The notes under the pieces are model-generated. The model was not told where the DNA came from and searched no databases. It saw only the letters and a program-made list of their open reading frames with translations. The translations under genes were made by a program, and so were the position numbers. Below are positions 37,132 through 47,291 of a DNA stretch of 64,000 nt, one piece after another; position 1 is the first letter of the stretch, and every line of letters begins with the position of its first letter. The DNA lies in NCBI GenBank assembly GCA_050951325.1, contig JBMNIW010000001.1:64001-128000 (forward strand), read 5' to 3'. Source of the DNA: Clostridia bacterium (lineage in GTDB: Bacteria > Bacillota > Clostridia > UBA1212 > DUPL01).

Positions 37132-38466
37132 CTAACTACCTGCCCCAATCCTGAGTATCTCTCTCATCATGTCTACCGTTTTGTCAAAACCATGTGCTTC
37201 CTCAATCCGCTGACGCAGGAAACCTTCAATGGGCTTGTTTAAAAGAATCGCCTCGTCAATATCCTGGTTTGCACCTTTCTTGTATGCGCCAATGTTTATG
37301 AGGTCTTCCGCATCCTTGTACACAGCCATTTTGCTCTTTATGGTATTTGCTATGTCATAGTGTTCTCTTGTTACTATGTCCGGCATTACCCTGCTGACGC
37401 TGGCAAGAACATCTATGGCAGGATAGTGGTTTCTGTTGGCAAGCTTCCTTGAAAGAACAATATGTCCGTCGAGTATACCTCTTACTGTATCCGATATGGG
37501 CTCATTCATGTCGTCTCCATCAACCAGAACGGTGTACAACCCGGTGATTGAGCCTTTGCTGGAATTGCCCGTTCTTTCAAGAAGTCTTGGCAGCATGGCG
37601 TATACGGAGGGCGTATATCCTCTTGAAACAGGAGGCTCTCCTGACGCCATCCCCACTTCCCTTTGCGCCATTGCAAACCTTGTCAATGAGTCCATGAGGA
37701 ACAATACATTCTTTCCCTTGTCTCTAAAATATTCAGCTATCGATGTTCCAAGCATTGCCGCCTTTACTCTAACCAATGCAGGCTGGTCGCTGGTGGCAAT
37801 AATTAGCACTGATTTCCTAAGTCCTTCTTCCTTCAAGTCTTTTTCTATAAAATCCCTTACTTCCCTTCCTCTCTCGCCCACCAGGGTTATGACGTTTAGA
37901 TCCGCCACTGCGTTTCTGGCAATCATACCAAGCAGTGTACTCTTGCCAACACCGCTGCCTGCAAAGATGCCAAGCCTTTGACCTTGACCGCAAGTCAGAA
38001 GTCCGTCAATCGCTTTTATGCCCAAAGGTAGAACCTTGGTTATTCTTTCTCTCATAAGAGGGTCGGGAGGGTCATTGTCTATTCCATAATATTCTGTTGG
38101 TGTAACTGGTCCCTTGTTGTCTATTGGCTGACCAAGTCCGTCTAAAATTCTTCCCACTAATTCTTCCGCAACAGGAACACGGAATGTGTGATTTGTTGCA
38201 ACTACGGTACAACCCTGAGCTATACCATTCACATGACCAAGAGGCATCAGAACCAGTTTGTTATCGGAAAAACCTACCACTTCCGTCCTGATGGGCTTGC
38301 CATCACCCTCGCTGGGATAGATGAGGCAAACCTCGCCCATCTTGGCAATTGGTCCTTCCGATTCTATCATCAGTCCCGTTACCTCGCTGACACTGCCGGT
38401 ATATGTGTATAAGTCACTGTTTTTGATTTTTCTCTCCACAATGGACAAATCAATTACCTTGGTCAA
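37132..38466 (-). CDS. fliI: flagellar export ATPase
   Basis: AGSGVGKSTLL, GERGREV, MDSLTRFAMAQRE. Confidence 0.98.
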   Translation of the reverse strand: MTKVIDLSIVERKIKNSDLYTYTGSVSEVTGLMIESEGPIAKMGEVCLIYPSEGDGKPIRTEVVGFSDNKLVLMPLGHVNGIAQGCTVVATNHTFRVPVAEELVGRILDGLGQPIDNKGPVTPTEYYGIDNDPPDPLMRERITKVLPLGIKAIDGLLTCGQGQRLGIFAGSGVGKSTLLGMIARNAVADLNVITLVGERGREVRDFIEKDLKEEGLRKSVLIIATSDQPALVRVKAAMLGTSIAEYFRDKGKNVLFLMDSLTRFAMAQREVGMASGEPPVSRGYTPSVYAMLPRLLERTGNSSKGSITGLYTVLVDGDDMNEPISDTVRGILDGHIVLSRKLANRNHYPAIDVLASVSRVMPDIVTREHYDIANTIKSKMAVYKDAEDLINIGAYKKGANQDIDEAILLNKPIEGFLRQRIEEAHGFDKTVDMMREILRIGAGS

Positions 38467-39158
38467 TTTCTTTCTCCTGCTGCAATTTTTGCCTTCTCAA
38501 GCTGTTTGTCTAAACTGGCATCCACAATTCCCTTTTTGGAGATTACCTTTATCTCACCTTTCTTAAGACTGTCATCAGGTTCAACTCTGTCGTCCTCACT
38601 TAAAACCTGCTGGTGATTCATGTAGTCTTCAGCACTTACAAGTATCTTTGCATTATCGTCTTCCGTTTTTGACGCCGCACTGTTTATGAGTGACATAAAC
38701 GCCTTTGTATTTCTCTCCAGCTCATAATTCAAAACCTTCTCTGCGATACTGAAGGATAAATCCAGAATCTCGCTACTCATGGAGCTTATTATCTTCTCCC
38801 TAATCTCATACGCTTCCTTTATAATCTCCTTGGCCTTCTTGTCGCTTTCCTCAATCAGCTTTTCCGCTTCCTTCCGTCCTGCTGCATAGCCTTCCTCTTT
38901 TGCCTTTTTGTGAACTGCATCATACATCTCCTGGGACTTCTCGGCAGTCTGCGCAAGGAGGATATTTGCATTTTCCTCAGCCGTATCGAGGATTTCCTTT
39001 GCACGAAGTTGTGCCTTTAAAAGTATTTCCTCTGCCTGCCGTTCCTTCTCCTCAATGGACACCATTCTGTCGCTTAGCGTTGTTTTTACCTCACGCCCGA
39101 TTTGTCCGGATACCGCCTTCTCATACTTTACTTCCTGCGCCTTGTATATTCTAATCAA
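38463..39158 (-). CDS. fliH: FliH
   Basis: AKEEGYAAG GxxxG repeat; located between fliG and fliI. Confidence 0.88.
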   Translation of the reverse strand: MIRIYKAQEVKYEKAVSGQIGREVKTTLSDRMVSIEEKERQAEEILLKAQLRAKEILDTAEENANILLAQTAEKSQEMYDAVHKKAKEEGYAAGRKEAEKLIEESDKKAKEIIKEAYEIREKIISSMSSEILDLSFSIAEKVLNYELERNTKAFMSLINSAASKTEDDNAKILVSAEDYMNHQQVLSEDDRVEPDDSLKKGEIKVISKKGIVDASLDKQLEKAKIAAGERN

Positions 39159-40167
39159 TTAGGACATCCTCCTTTCCTCTTACTATTACGATTTCTCCTG
39201 CCTCTTCAAGCTTTCTGATTACATTAACAATCTTTTGCTGGGCTTCTTCAACATCCCTTACCCTGACAGGGCCCATGTATTCCATGTCTTCCTGAATAAT
39301 CTGTCTGAGACGGGAGGAGATGTTGTCGAAGATAACCTTGTGAACATCCTGGGTTGCACCTTTCAATGCAATGGCAAGAGTATTCACATCCGTATCGCTG
39401 ATAACCTTCTGTACGGAGCGTGAATCCAGCTTGACAATGTCTTCAAATACAAACATCTTCTTCCTGATTTTATCTGCTAGATCGTTGTTAATCTTGGACA
39501 AGGTTTCAAGTATGAATTTCTCGGTACCTCTGTCTACACCATTCAATATGTCTACCACCGACTGCAGTCCGCCGGTTACTGTTAAGTCATCCATGGCAGA
39601 AGCAGACATCTTTCTTTCAATAATTCTTTCAATTTCCTTTATGTACTCGGGAGATGTCCTGTCCATTGTCGCTATTTTCTCTATTACTGATATCTGCTTG
39701 TCTTTTGGCAGCATGCCGAGTAATAGACCAGCCTGCTGCGGATGCAGATATGAAAAGATAATGGCAATTGTCTGAGGCGCTTCATTTTGTATGAGGCTGA
39801 ACAATTGTGAAGGATCAGCCTTTCTGGCAAATCCAAAGGGTCTTACCTGCAGAGTGGAACTGAGTTTTTCTATGATTTCATAAGCCTTCTGGCTGCCTAT
39901 TGCCTTTTCAAGCACTTCCTTTGCATAGGCAATACCTCCTTGGGATATGTAACTTTGGGCAACATACATGTCATAGAACTCGGAGTAAACCTGTTTTTTG
40001 ACCTCCGAATCCACCCTTCGTATGTTTGTAATCTCCAGGGTTATCTGCTCTATCTCCTCTTCCGTAAGGTGTTTGAAAACCTCTGCAGATACATCCTGGC
40101 CCAAAGCTATCATCAATATTGCCGCCTTTTCACTGCCTCTTAATCTATCCATTAACTCACTCCTCAT
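39151..40167 (-). CDS. fliG: rotor protein FliG
   Basis: KAAILM, GGIAYAKEVL, MFVFEDI, GPVRVRDVEEAQ. Confidence 0.98.
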   Translation of the reverse strand: MRSELMDRLRGSEKAAILMIALGQDVSAEVFKHLTEEEIEQITLEITNIRRVDSEVKKQVYSEFYDMYVAQSYISQGGIAYAKEVLEKAIGSQKAYEIIEKLSSTLQVRPFGFARKADPSQLFSLIQNEAPQTIAIIFSYLHPQQAGLLLGMLPKDKQISVIEKIATMDRTSPEYIKEIERIIERKMSASAMDDLTVTGGLQSVVDILNGVDRGTEKFILETLSKINNDLADKIRKKMFVFEDIVKLDSRSVQKVISDTDVNTLAIALKGATQDVHKVIFDNISSRLRQIIQEDMEYMGPVRVRDVEEAQQKIVNVIRKLEEAGEIVIVRGKEDVLID

Positions 40168-41731
40168 TTAGCCAGTTTCTTATGAGCTGGACGAATACTT
40201 CTGGATTCTTTCTGAAAAATTTCGAGATTGCATCCCTGTAATCAGTTCTTTGCCCATCAATCATGTCAAAATTCAGGTTGTCGTCCTCTTCCATTTGCCT
40301 GCGTGCCTGCTCTTCATAGAACCTCATAAGTTCCTCTTGCTGCAGCCTTCTTCTTTCACTTGCCCTGCGCGCAGCCATGGATATGAAAACTATCAGTGCA
40401 AGTAGTACAATTGCACTTGCTATAACAATTACAATAGTTGTTGTTCTTTCTCTTTGTTTTCTAAACAGTTCCTCCTGCATTTTTCTTGATTCTTCAAACA
40501 TGGCCTCAAAGGATTTTTGTCCTGCAAACTCCATGGTGGTCACTTCAACATACTTTGCGTCCACACCAACAGCGTTTGCAACAATCTGCCTTACATTAGT
40601 CAAAACCTCCTCATTTGCATCATCATTATCAATAACTACGGAGACTGTAAGGTCTTCAATCTGCCCCTGCGCCTTTTCTATAAGTTCAATAATCTGGTTA
40701 ACTTCATAATTGACGGTTCTACTAATCTTGTGATAATCAATGTTTTCATCATCCGGGTCCACATAGCCGGGAGCTCCTCCGTTAGGATCCTGTCCCACAT
40801 CGCCGCCATCTTCACCTAGTCTTCTCCTTATTTCAATAAGTTCTGTCAAGCTTACAATTATACCGTCCTCGCCAATGACAGGCTCGAAACGAATACTTTC
40901 TGTGGTCTGCTTGTCAAAGTTGAGCCTTACATTCACACCTGTTACAACCTTGCCAAAACCGAAGATAGGTTCGAGAATATTCAAAATCTGCTCTTCCAAA
41001 TCGGTGGCTACCTGTTTCTGAAGCTCGAACTGGGTGCCGGGGAAAATGGGGTCGCTTGAATTGCTCTTGTTGAGTATTGTCATGTTCTGGTCAATAACTG
41101 TGACATTTTCCTCTTCAAGACCTTCAACACTCTTTGAAACAAGCGCTACTATTGCATCTACCTGTTCTCTTGCTAGCTTTACATTCTTCTTTGTTTTTAT
41201 CAAAACCGATGCGGTGGTGGGTTTCTTGTCACCCTTGAGAACAACGGAGTCATTGTCAGGTATGTTCAAAGTGACCACAGCATCACTTATCAAATCAATT
41301 GATTTGATGGTGTCCTGCAGCCTGTCCTGAAGTTGAAACTGCATGTATTTTTTCTTTTCATACTGGGTCGTGCCAAAACCTGAACTTTTTGAGAATATAT
41401 CGTAGTTCAAGCCGCTCTTTGGATAGCCTTCCGCAGCCAATTCCAGTCTTATTTTGTTCTCAAACTTTTTGGGCACATAAAGAACGCCGTTGTCTCCTAC
41501 TTTTACATCATAGTCGTCTTCAGTCAGCTTTCTGTATATTTCACCAGCCTCGCTGTCTGAAAGACCTGAATACAAAACGGCGTATTCCGGTTTATTTATT
41601 AAGTATATGGTAACTGCGCAAAGTAATATAACCGCAGCAAACAATACTATTGTCATCGTTTTTTTCTTCTTTGATTGCTTTGACCAGTACTCCTTAAGTT
41701 TCTCAGGAATATTCTTTATCAACTCAGCCAT
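40157..41731 (-). CDS. fliF: MS-ring protein FliF
   Basis: Two TMs, ASV motif, C-terminal QLIRNWL. Confidence 0.95.
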   Translation of the reverse strand: MAELIKNIPEKLKEYWSKQSKKKKTMTIVLFAAVILLCAVTIYLINKPEYAVLYSGLSDSEAGEIYRKLTEDDYDVKVGDNGVLYVPKKFENKIRLELAAEGYPKSGLNYDIFSKSSGFGTTQYEKKKYMQFQLQDRLQDTIKSIDLISDAVVTLNIPDNDSVVLKGDKKPTTASVLIKTKKNVKLAREQVDAIVALVSKSVEGLEEENVTVIDQNMTILNKSNSSDPIFPGTQFELQKQVATDLEEQILNILEPIFGFGKVVTGVNVRLNFDKQTTESIRFEPVIGEDGIIVSLTELIEIRRRLGEDGGDVGQDPNGGAPGYVDPDDENIDYHKISRTVNYEVNQIIELIEKAQGQIEDLTVSVVIDNDDANEEVLTNVRQIVANAVGVDAKYVEVTTMEFAGQKSFEAMFEESRKMQEELFRKQRERTTTIVIVIASAIVLLALIVFISMAARRASERRRLQQEELMRFYEEQARRQMEEDDNLNFDMIDGQRTDYRDAISKFFRKNPEVFVQLIRNWLNEE

Positions 41732-41793
41732 TTCCTACTCTGTTTCCTATCCGTTATTTTTGATAATTAATATAACTAACTATTTGGGGAAAA

Positions 41794-42096
41794 TTATATT
41801 TGCATTCTCATAATTTCGTTATACGCATCAATTACCCTGTTTCTAATCTGAACTGCCAGACCCAGGGTCAGCTGCGCCTTCTCCGCATCAATAATGACGG
41901 AGTGCAAATCCTCCACGGTCATATCAAGAAGTTCCGTACCAGACTCTTTGCTGACCTGATCTGCTTCAGCCGCCATTTTAAGAGCGTCTTCAAAGATTTT
42001 AATAAAATTCGAATTTGTGTTGATGGAATTGTTTGTGTTGATACCATTTGTTTGTCCTATGTTCTGAATACCCGCAACCTGCCCAATCATGTTCAT
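41794..42096 (-). CDS. fliE: FliE
   Basis: VQIRNRVIDAYNEIMRMQI. Confidence 0.95.
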   Translation of the reverse strand: MNMIGQVAGIQNIGQTNGINTNNSINTNSNFIKIFEDALKMAAEADQVSKESGTELLDMTVEDLHSVIIDAEKAQLTLGLAVQIRNRVIDAYNEIMRMQI

Positions 42097-42108
42097 TTAA
42101 TTAACCTC

Positions 42109-42534
42109 CTACTTGCCGATTTCCAGTGCTCTCATCGCTATATTCTTGTATGCGTTCAATGCGGTCACATTCGCCTCATATGCCCTGCTGGCAGATATCA
42201 TATCAATCATTTCAGTGACAATATCCACATTGGGCATTTCAACATAGCCTTCCTCATTTGCATCCGGATGATTCGGATCATATACCAGCTTGAAGGGACT
42301 TGGATCTTCATGCACAGCACTTACTCTTACCCCGTTTCCTCTAAAAGAAGTGTCCAGATATTCGGAAAAAGGCTTTTGAATCTGCTCAAAAGATACTGTT
42401 TTACGTCTATACGGACCGCCCTCGGCCGTCCTGGTAGTATTCATGTTGGCTATGTTTTCAGCAATTACATCCAATCTGAAACGTTCCGCTGTAAGTGCTG
42501 AGGCACTAATATCCATTGATCTGAAAAAACCCAT
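42109..42534 (-). CDS. flgC: rod protein FlgC
   Basis: ENIANMNTTRT..GGPYRRK, YDPNHPDA, SRAYEAN. Confidence 0.97.
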   Translation of the reverse strand: MGFFRSMDISASALTAERFRLDVIAENIANMNTTRTAEGGPYRRKTVSFEQIQKPFSEYLDTSFRGNGVRVSAVHEDPSPFKLVYDPNHPDANEEGYVEMPNVDIVTEMIDMISASRAYEANVTALNAYKNIAMRALEIGK

Positions 42535-42535
42535 G

Positions 42536-42922
42536 CTATCTACCTCCATTAATCGCCAAGTCTAACAGTTTTATTTCCTTGGTCACCATATGGGTTAAAT
42601 AGTTGTACCAAATGGCGTTTTTTGCAAGCTCATTCATCTCCCGTTCAATGTCCACATTATTTCCATCCATGCGCACATTGGTGTTGCTGTCCTCGTAAAC
42701 TTCAACTGAATAATTTGACGAGGAAGCGGGATTTATATGCTTGTCTCTTGTAGTTTTCATGCTTATTGAATCTTCAAGAATTTTAGAAAACCTGACGTCT
42801 GATCTCTTGAAATTGGGCGTATCAACATTGGCTATGTTGTTAGCCAATATTTCGTTTCTCAGCCATGAGGCATCGAGCCCAACCTTAAATTTGTCGATGT
42901 GACTGAATATATTGTTTGCCAT
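42536..42922 (-). CDS. flgB: rod protein FlgB
   Basis: ANNIANVDTPNFKRSD, DGNNVDIE. Confidence 0.97.
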   Translation of the reverse strand: MANNIFSHIDKFKVGLDASWLRNEILANNIANVDTPNFKRSDVRFSKILEDSISMKTTRDKHINPASSSNYSVEVYEDSNTNVRMDGNNVDIEREMNELAKNAIWYNYLTHMVTKEIKLLDLAINGGR

Positions 42923-43278
42923 TTCCCCTACCCCTTACATTACTACATATTTTTCACATATTGTTAACCAATTTAAGCTATATTATAGTAACACTATTAC
43001 AGATATTACTATACAGGCATATACCATGTCAATCAATTTATCTTGGTTTGTTCCAAACTGCAATATACTGACAGTCAGCTGGTAATCCTTATATTATTTT
43101 CATTCTTTTCCATTTTCTGGAACCCATTTTTAATAGTTTTCACCTTTCAAATAAAAATACAATTAATAATTTATTCACATCATGATTAAGAGAATGTATT
43201 ACCGCAAGTGTGTGTATAAAAATATTTCACATATTTTGGCCGCAACTAAAGTTGCAGCCTGTTTTTTAATTTCTAAAG

Positions 43279-43307
43279 AATATATCACATAAATCTACCA
43301 ATGTCAA
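43279..43307 (-). promoter_or_regulatory. sigma-A promoter upstream of the flgB operon
   Basis: TTGACA-N17-TATATT with extended TGn; a weaker TTGATT-N17-TATAGT lies at 43008-43036. Confidence 0.65.
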
Positions 43308-43330
43308 AATGTTTTTATTTGTTCACAATT

Positions 43331-43377
43331 AAAAAAAGTACAGAGCCATTATTAATAATTGGCTCTGTTCCTTTTTT
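43331..43377 (-). terminator. terminator after cheR
   Basis: ACAGAGCCA...TGGCTCTGT stem flanked by A and T runs. Confidence 0.8.
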
Positions 43378-43399
43378 ATGAAAATATATTATTTTTATC

Positions 43400-44206
43400 C
43401 TAAATCTTCCGATATATTGCAGGTTTTACATATTTAAAATCCTCCGATATCCCGTTTAGCGATTCCGAGTGCCCTATAAACAAATATCCGCCCTTTTCAA
43501 GATGATCATAAAATCTGCTTACAAGACTTATTCTAGCTTCCCTGTTGAAATAAATCATGACATTCCTGCAGAAGATTACGTGAAACTTTCTTTTAAAAGG
43601 GAACTCATCCTGAAGATTGAATAATCTGAAAATGACTTCGTTTTTTATATTCTCCTTTATCTCATAAGTTTCTTCATCCAACTTTTTGAAATACTTTCTC
43701 TTCCACTCCTCAGGCATCTTCTCAAGCCTGCTTTCATCATACACTCCCTTTATTGCTGCACTCAACATGGTGCTGGATATGTCGGTGGCAAGGACTTTGG
43801 CATCCCAGAAGAACTTTTCGGCCCCGAAATATTCGTCAATCGTCATTGCAATCGAATACGCTTCTTCTCCCGATGAACAGCCCGCACTCCAAATCCTAAT
43901 GTCCTTGTCCTCAAGCTTGTTCTCAAGATAAGGCAACACGCTCTCCTTCAAGAAATCAAAATGCTCCTTTTCTCTCATAAAAAAGGTGTAGTTTGTGGTA
44001 AGCTTTGTTGTAAGCAAATTCACAGCCTTGCCCGAATTGTCGCTTATGGCATAGTCAACAAAAGTGCTGAAGGAATCAAAACCCATCTTTTTGACGGGTA
44101 TTGACAGTCTACTTTCTATAAGGGTACGTTTCTTGCTCAAGTCAATGCCGTAGTTGTCCAGCATGTACTGTACAAGTTTCAAAAAATCCTGATCAGATAT
44201 TTTCAT
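43400..44206 (-). CDS. cheR: chemotaxis methyltransferase
   Basis: TTNYTFFMRE, IWSAGCSSGEE, ATDIS, IFCRNVMIYF, IGHSES; probable start ATG 44206. Confidence 0.97.
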   Translation of the reverse strand: MKISDQDFLKLVQYMLDNYGIDLSKKRTLIESRLSIPVKKMGFDSFSTFVDYAISDNSGKAVNLLTTKLTTNYTFFMREKEHFDFLKESVLPYLENKLEDKDIRIWSAGCSSGEEAYSIAMTIDEYFGAEKFFWDAKVLATDISSTMLSAAIKGVYDESRLEKMPEEWKRKYFKKLDEETYEIKENIKNEVIFRLFNLQDEFPFKRKFHVIFCRNVMIYFNREARISLVSRFYDHLEKGGYLFIGHSESLNGISEDFKYVKPAIYRKI

Positions 44207-44627
44207 TTGCCTGCTCCATGAAATCCAGCATATACAATTCCTCTTTTCCTTCAAGGTAGTATCCCTTGAAGAAATCATTATCCCTGACCTCCACCCTCTT
44301 TACCTTGGAAAGGTCCAGCTCCCTTTTAATGCCTTCCAGTTCATCCACCACAAGGCCCAGATCGCCGTGACTGGTTTCAACGATAACTATGCTTCTTTTC
44401 CGATTATCATTGGAGATAAGGGACAACCTCCTGGCAATATCACAGACTGGAACAATCTGTCCCCTTACATTAGTAACTCCCAACATGTACTCTGGAAGAC
44501 CTGGAACGCGTGTAAAATCACGCATTCCAATAATCTCCTTTACATGCCTTAACCTTATTAATGCTCTTTTGCTTCCTATAACCAATATCAGATATCCATC
44601 AATATCGATATTCATAATTCTCTCCAT
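44193..44627 (-). CDS. cheW: CheW-like protein (second copy)
   Basis: TRVPGLPEYMLGVTNVRGQIVPV, GLVVD. Confidence 0.88.
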   Translation of the reverse strand: MERIMNIDIDGYLILVIGSKRALIRLRHVKEIIGMRDFTRVPGLPEYMLGVTNVRGQIVPVCDIARRLSLISNDNRKRSIVIVETSHGDLGLVVDELEGIKRELDLSKVKRVEVRDNDFFKGYYLEGKEELYMLDFMEQANENI

Positions 44628-44628
44628 C

Positions 44629-46734
44629 TTAATATTTTCCAAAGTCATCTGCATTCTCTATAAGATCGCAGCGGTCAGCCTTGTATACTTCCTTCAATTT
44701 AAACTGGTTTTTAACAAGCTCTGTAAGGGCGCCTGCCTGGCTTGCCATCTCTTCGCTGGCTGCAGCACTTTCTTCTGCTGTAGCGGCATTCGTCTGTACA
44801 ACCTTTGAAACCGCATCTGCTCCCTTTGTTGCAGCTTCTGTTGCAATGGTCTGCTGTTTTGAGGCTTCGTCTATCATTGCGATAAGGCCCTCTATCTTGT
44901 TTACACCGCGCGCAATAACGGAAAAGGTGTCTGATGTCTTTGTGGCAATTTCCCTTCCCTGCTTTGCCTTGCTTATGGAAGCCTCTATCATCTCGCTGGT
45001 TTCTTTTGCAGCCTTTGCACTCTTCTCTGCAAGGTTTCTTACCTCGTCCGCCACTACTGCAAATCCTCTTCCATTTTCTCCAGCCCTTGCAGCTTCAACC
45101 GCAGCGTTCAAAGATAATATGTTGGTCTGGAATGCAATATCGTCTATCACTCTTATTACCTTCGAGATATTTGTAGACGACTCTTCTATCTCCTCGACGC
45201 TCGAAAGCATTTCGCTCATGTACACAGTACCTTGATCTGCATGCTCCGCAACAACTTTTATAAGCTTGTTTGCATTGTTTACGCTTTCTTCGTTCTTCTT
45301 CGCCTTTTCTGCGATATCCTGTACCGAGCTGGTAAGTTCCTCCACCGCAGCGGCCTGCTCTGTAGTACCCTGGGACAATTCCTGACTTCCGTCCGCAATC
45401 TGCTTTGCTGCTACCGCCACCTGCTCGGAGGTGGAGATAATTTCGCTGAACACATGGTTGTTTGAGTCTACCATTCTCTTCAGTGAGTAGCTCAAAAGAT
45501 CCTTGTCAGATGCAGGAACTATGTCCAAACTCAAATCTCCTGAGGATATCTGCTCTATAAGTGCGGACTGCCTCTTTATATTCTCAGACATCTTCTTGAA
45601 GGAATCTATCAGCAAACCTATTTCGTCATTTGCTTTCACATCAGCAATCTCAAAGGACACATCTCCAATCGCCAGCGCATTGGCTGCTTCCACCACACTG
45701 ACTATTGGAGTAATCATCCTTGAATTTATAATCCTTAATAAAAACAGGATGAATACAAAAACAACCAGAGATACTGCAATAATGATTACGTACATTATGG
45801 TAAGATCTGCAACAGGAACCGCAGCGCCCAGTACTCCTGCCAGCTGAGTGTCGTTGTACAGTGGAAGGTAAACACCGATGGACCTCTTGCCGAACAGATT
45901 AACTTCGTTTATATAGTTTTTCTCTCCATTAAGCAGTGCCTGGTAGATCTCGTCATCCAGCATAGTATCTGTTCTTCTCTTGTTTTCGTCATCCTTGAGA
46001 GTTGTCACTATTCTTCTATTTTCAAGGAAAAAGGATACGTCCATATCCTTGTCGCCTTTTATGTCATCCACATACTTGACATTGTCAAGACGGTATCCCA
46101 AGGAAACAGTTCCTACAATAATGTCTTCAGTAGCGTCTTCTGTAGAGGAGGAGAAGAAAACAGGTTTTGCTGTATTGAAGTACATGTCCGCCATCGAGTT
46201 GTGTCCATAGGCCGATGTGGTATAACCCTGCAGCGCCTGGTTTATCTCCAGTGTTGCCATGACTGACGTGTCAGGTTTTACGGACTGGAACAATACATCA
46301 CCGCTCTTTGTTCTGGCCAGCAGCGAAATTATTACTCCCTCATCGTCAGTGATGGTAATGAAGTCGGGTATGTATTGGGATTGTCTTGACCAGATTCTAT
46401 CCGCTGTTTCCAAGGTCACGACTTCGAGGTTGATTGAATCCTTCTCCTTCACAGCTTCCTGAAAGCTGTCATTGCTTGCGAAATAGTCGCATCCGTGAGT
46501 TGCCTCGGTTTTCAAAGTCTCAAGGTAGTTTTCAATCAGCTGCAGTTCCAGGTATGCATTGTCCTCCTTTATGTTGTTTACAAGCTTTGGAACCATTATA
46601 CTGACCGTTATTGCAATGGTCACAAACGTAATAATTACAGGTATTACAACCATCAAAATGATTTTCCCTTTCAGCTTTACATTCAGATTGATTTTCTTAG
46701 CTGATTTGATGTTATTGCTTAACTTCTTCAACAT
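44629..46734 (-). CDS. methyl-accepting chemotaxis protein (2 TM, Cache-like sensor, HAMP)
   Basis: [37 protein letters not shown]; ends DFGKY. Confidence 0.97.
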   Translation of the reverse strand: MLKKLSNNIKSAKKINLNVKLKGKIILMVVIPVIITFVTIAITVSIMVPKLVNNIKEDNAYLELQLIENYLETLKTEATHGCDYFASNDSFQEAVKEKDSINLEVVTLETADRIWSRQSQYIPDFITITDDEGVIISLLARTKSGDVLFQSVKPDTSVMATLEINQALQGYTTSAYGHNSMADMYFNTAKPVFFSSSTEDATEDIIVGTVSLGYRLDNVKYVDDIKGDKDMDVSFFLENRRIVTTLKDDENKRRTDTMLDDEIYQALLNGEKNYINEVNLFGKRSIGVYLPLYNDTQLAGVLGAAVPVADLTIMYVIIIAVSLVVFVFILFLLRIINSRMITPIVSVVEAANALAIGDVSFEIADVKANDEIGLLIDSFKKMSENIKRQSALIEQISSGDLSLDIVPASDKDLLSYSLKRMVDSNNHVFSEIISTSEQVAVAAKQIADGSQELSQGTTEQAAAVEELTSSVQDIAEKAKKNEESVNNANKLIKVVAEHADQGTVYMSEMLSSVEEIEESSTNISKVIRVIDDIAFQTNILSLNAAVEAARAGENGRGFAVVADEVRNLAEKSAKAAKETSEMIEASISKAKQGREIATKTSDTFSVIARGVNKIEGLIAMIDEASKQQTIATEAATKGADAVSKVVQTNAATAEESAAASEEMASQAGALTELVKNQFKLKEVYKADRCDLIENADDFGKY

Positions 46735-47278
46735 CTGATTTACCTCCATTTACTGATTCAGGCTCTAGTTCATTTATTTCCATAATGTATTCTTTTTCCG
46801 TTACAAACAAGGCATCGCAATCTATGATGTATGCGAGATTGTCATTTTCGATGTGGAAGAATCCTTTTACGAACCTGTTAAAAAATCCTGTTTTCTCCTC
46901 AGGTACGTCCAGTATCTTGTTGTCATCAACCGTCTTTATGTCGACAATGTCGTCAACTATGATTCCCATGTTAAGATTCTCGTCTGAAGTAATGAGTATT
47001 ACGGGAGTCCTTTCACCGTATTCAACCTTACTCATATTAAATCTCTTTCTCGTATCCATAACAGGATAAATTCTGCTTAAGTAGTTTGTCAGCCCGGATA
47101 TGTAAGGGGGCATATCGGGGATTGTGACCAACTCGGGCCTTTGTATGATCACATTGACATTAATAATTGGTAGGGCTAATATCTTGTCACTTACTGTAAA
47201 AAGAAGATAGCTGGTATTGATTATCTCCTCTTCCTTTTTTGCCAGTTCTCCTGCATCGTCTTTGAAATATCTGCTCAT
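46712..47278 (-). CDS. cheW: CheW
   Basis: [13 protein letters not shown]...PVMD, GIIVD; follows cheA. Confidence 0.88.
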   Translation of the reverse strand: MSRYFKDDAGELAKKEEEIINTSYLLFTVSDKILALPIINVNVIIQRPELVTIPDMPPYISGLTNYLSRIYPVMDTRKRFNMSKVEYGERTPVILITSDENLNMGIIVDDIVDIKTVDDNKILDVPEEKTGFFNRFVKGFFHIENDNLAYIIDCDALFVTEKEYIMEINELEPESVNGGKSDVEEVKQ

Positions 47279-47291
47279 TTAATCACCCCTG

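Noticed and set aside
42923-43400. c-di-GMP-I (GEMM) riboswitch or invertible flagellar switch before flgB
   Set aside because: No GCAAA/GAAA tetraloop-receptor GEMM pattern, no long flanking inverted repeats and no recombinase seen.
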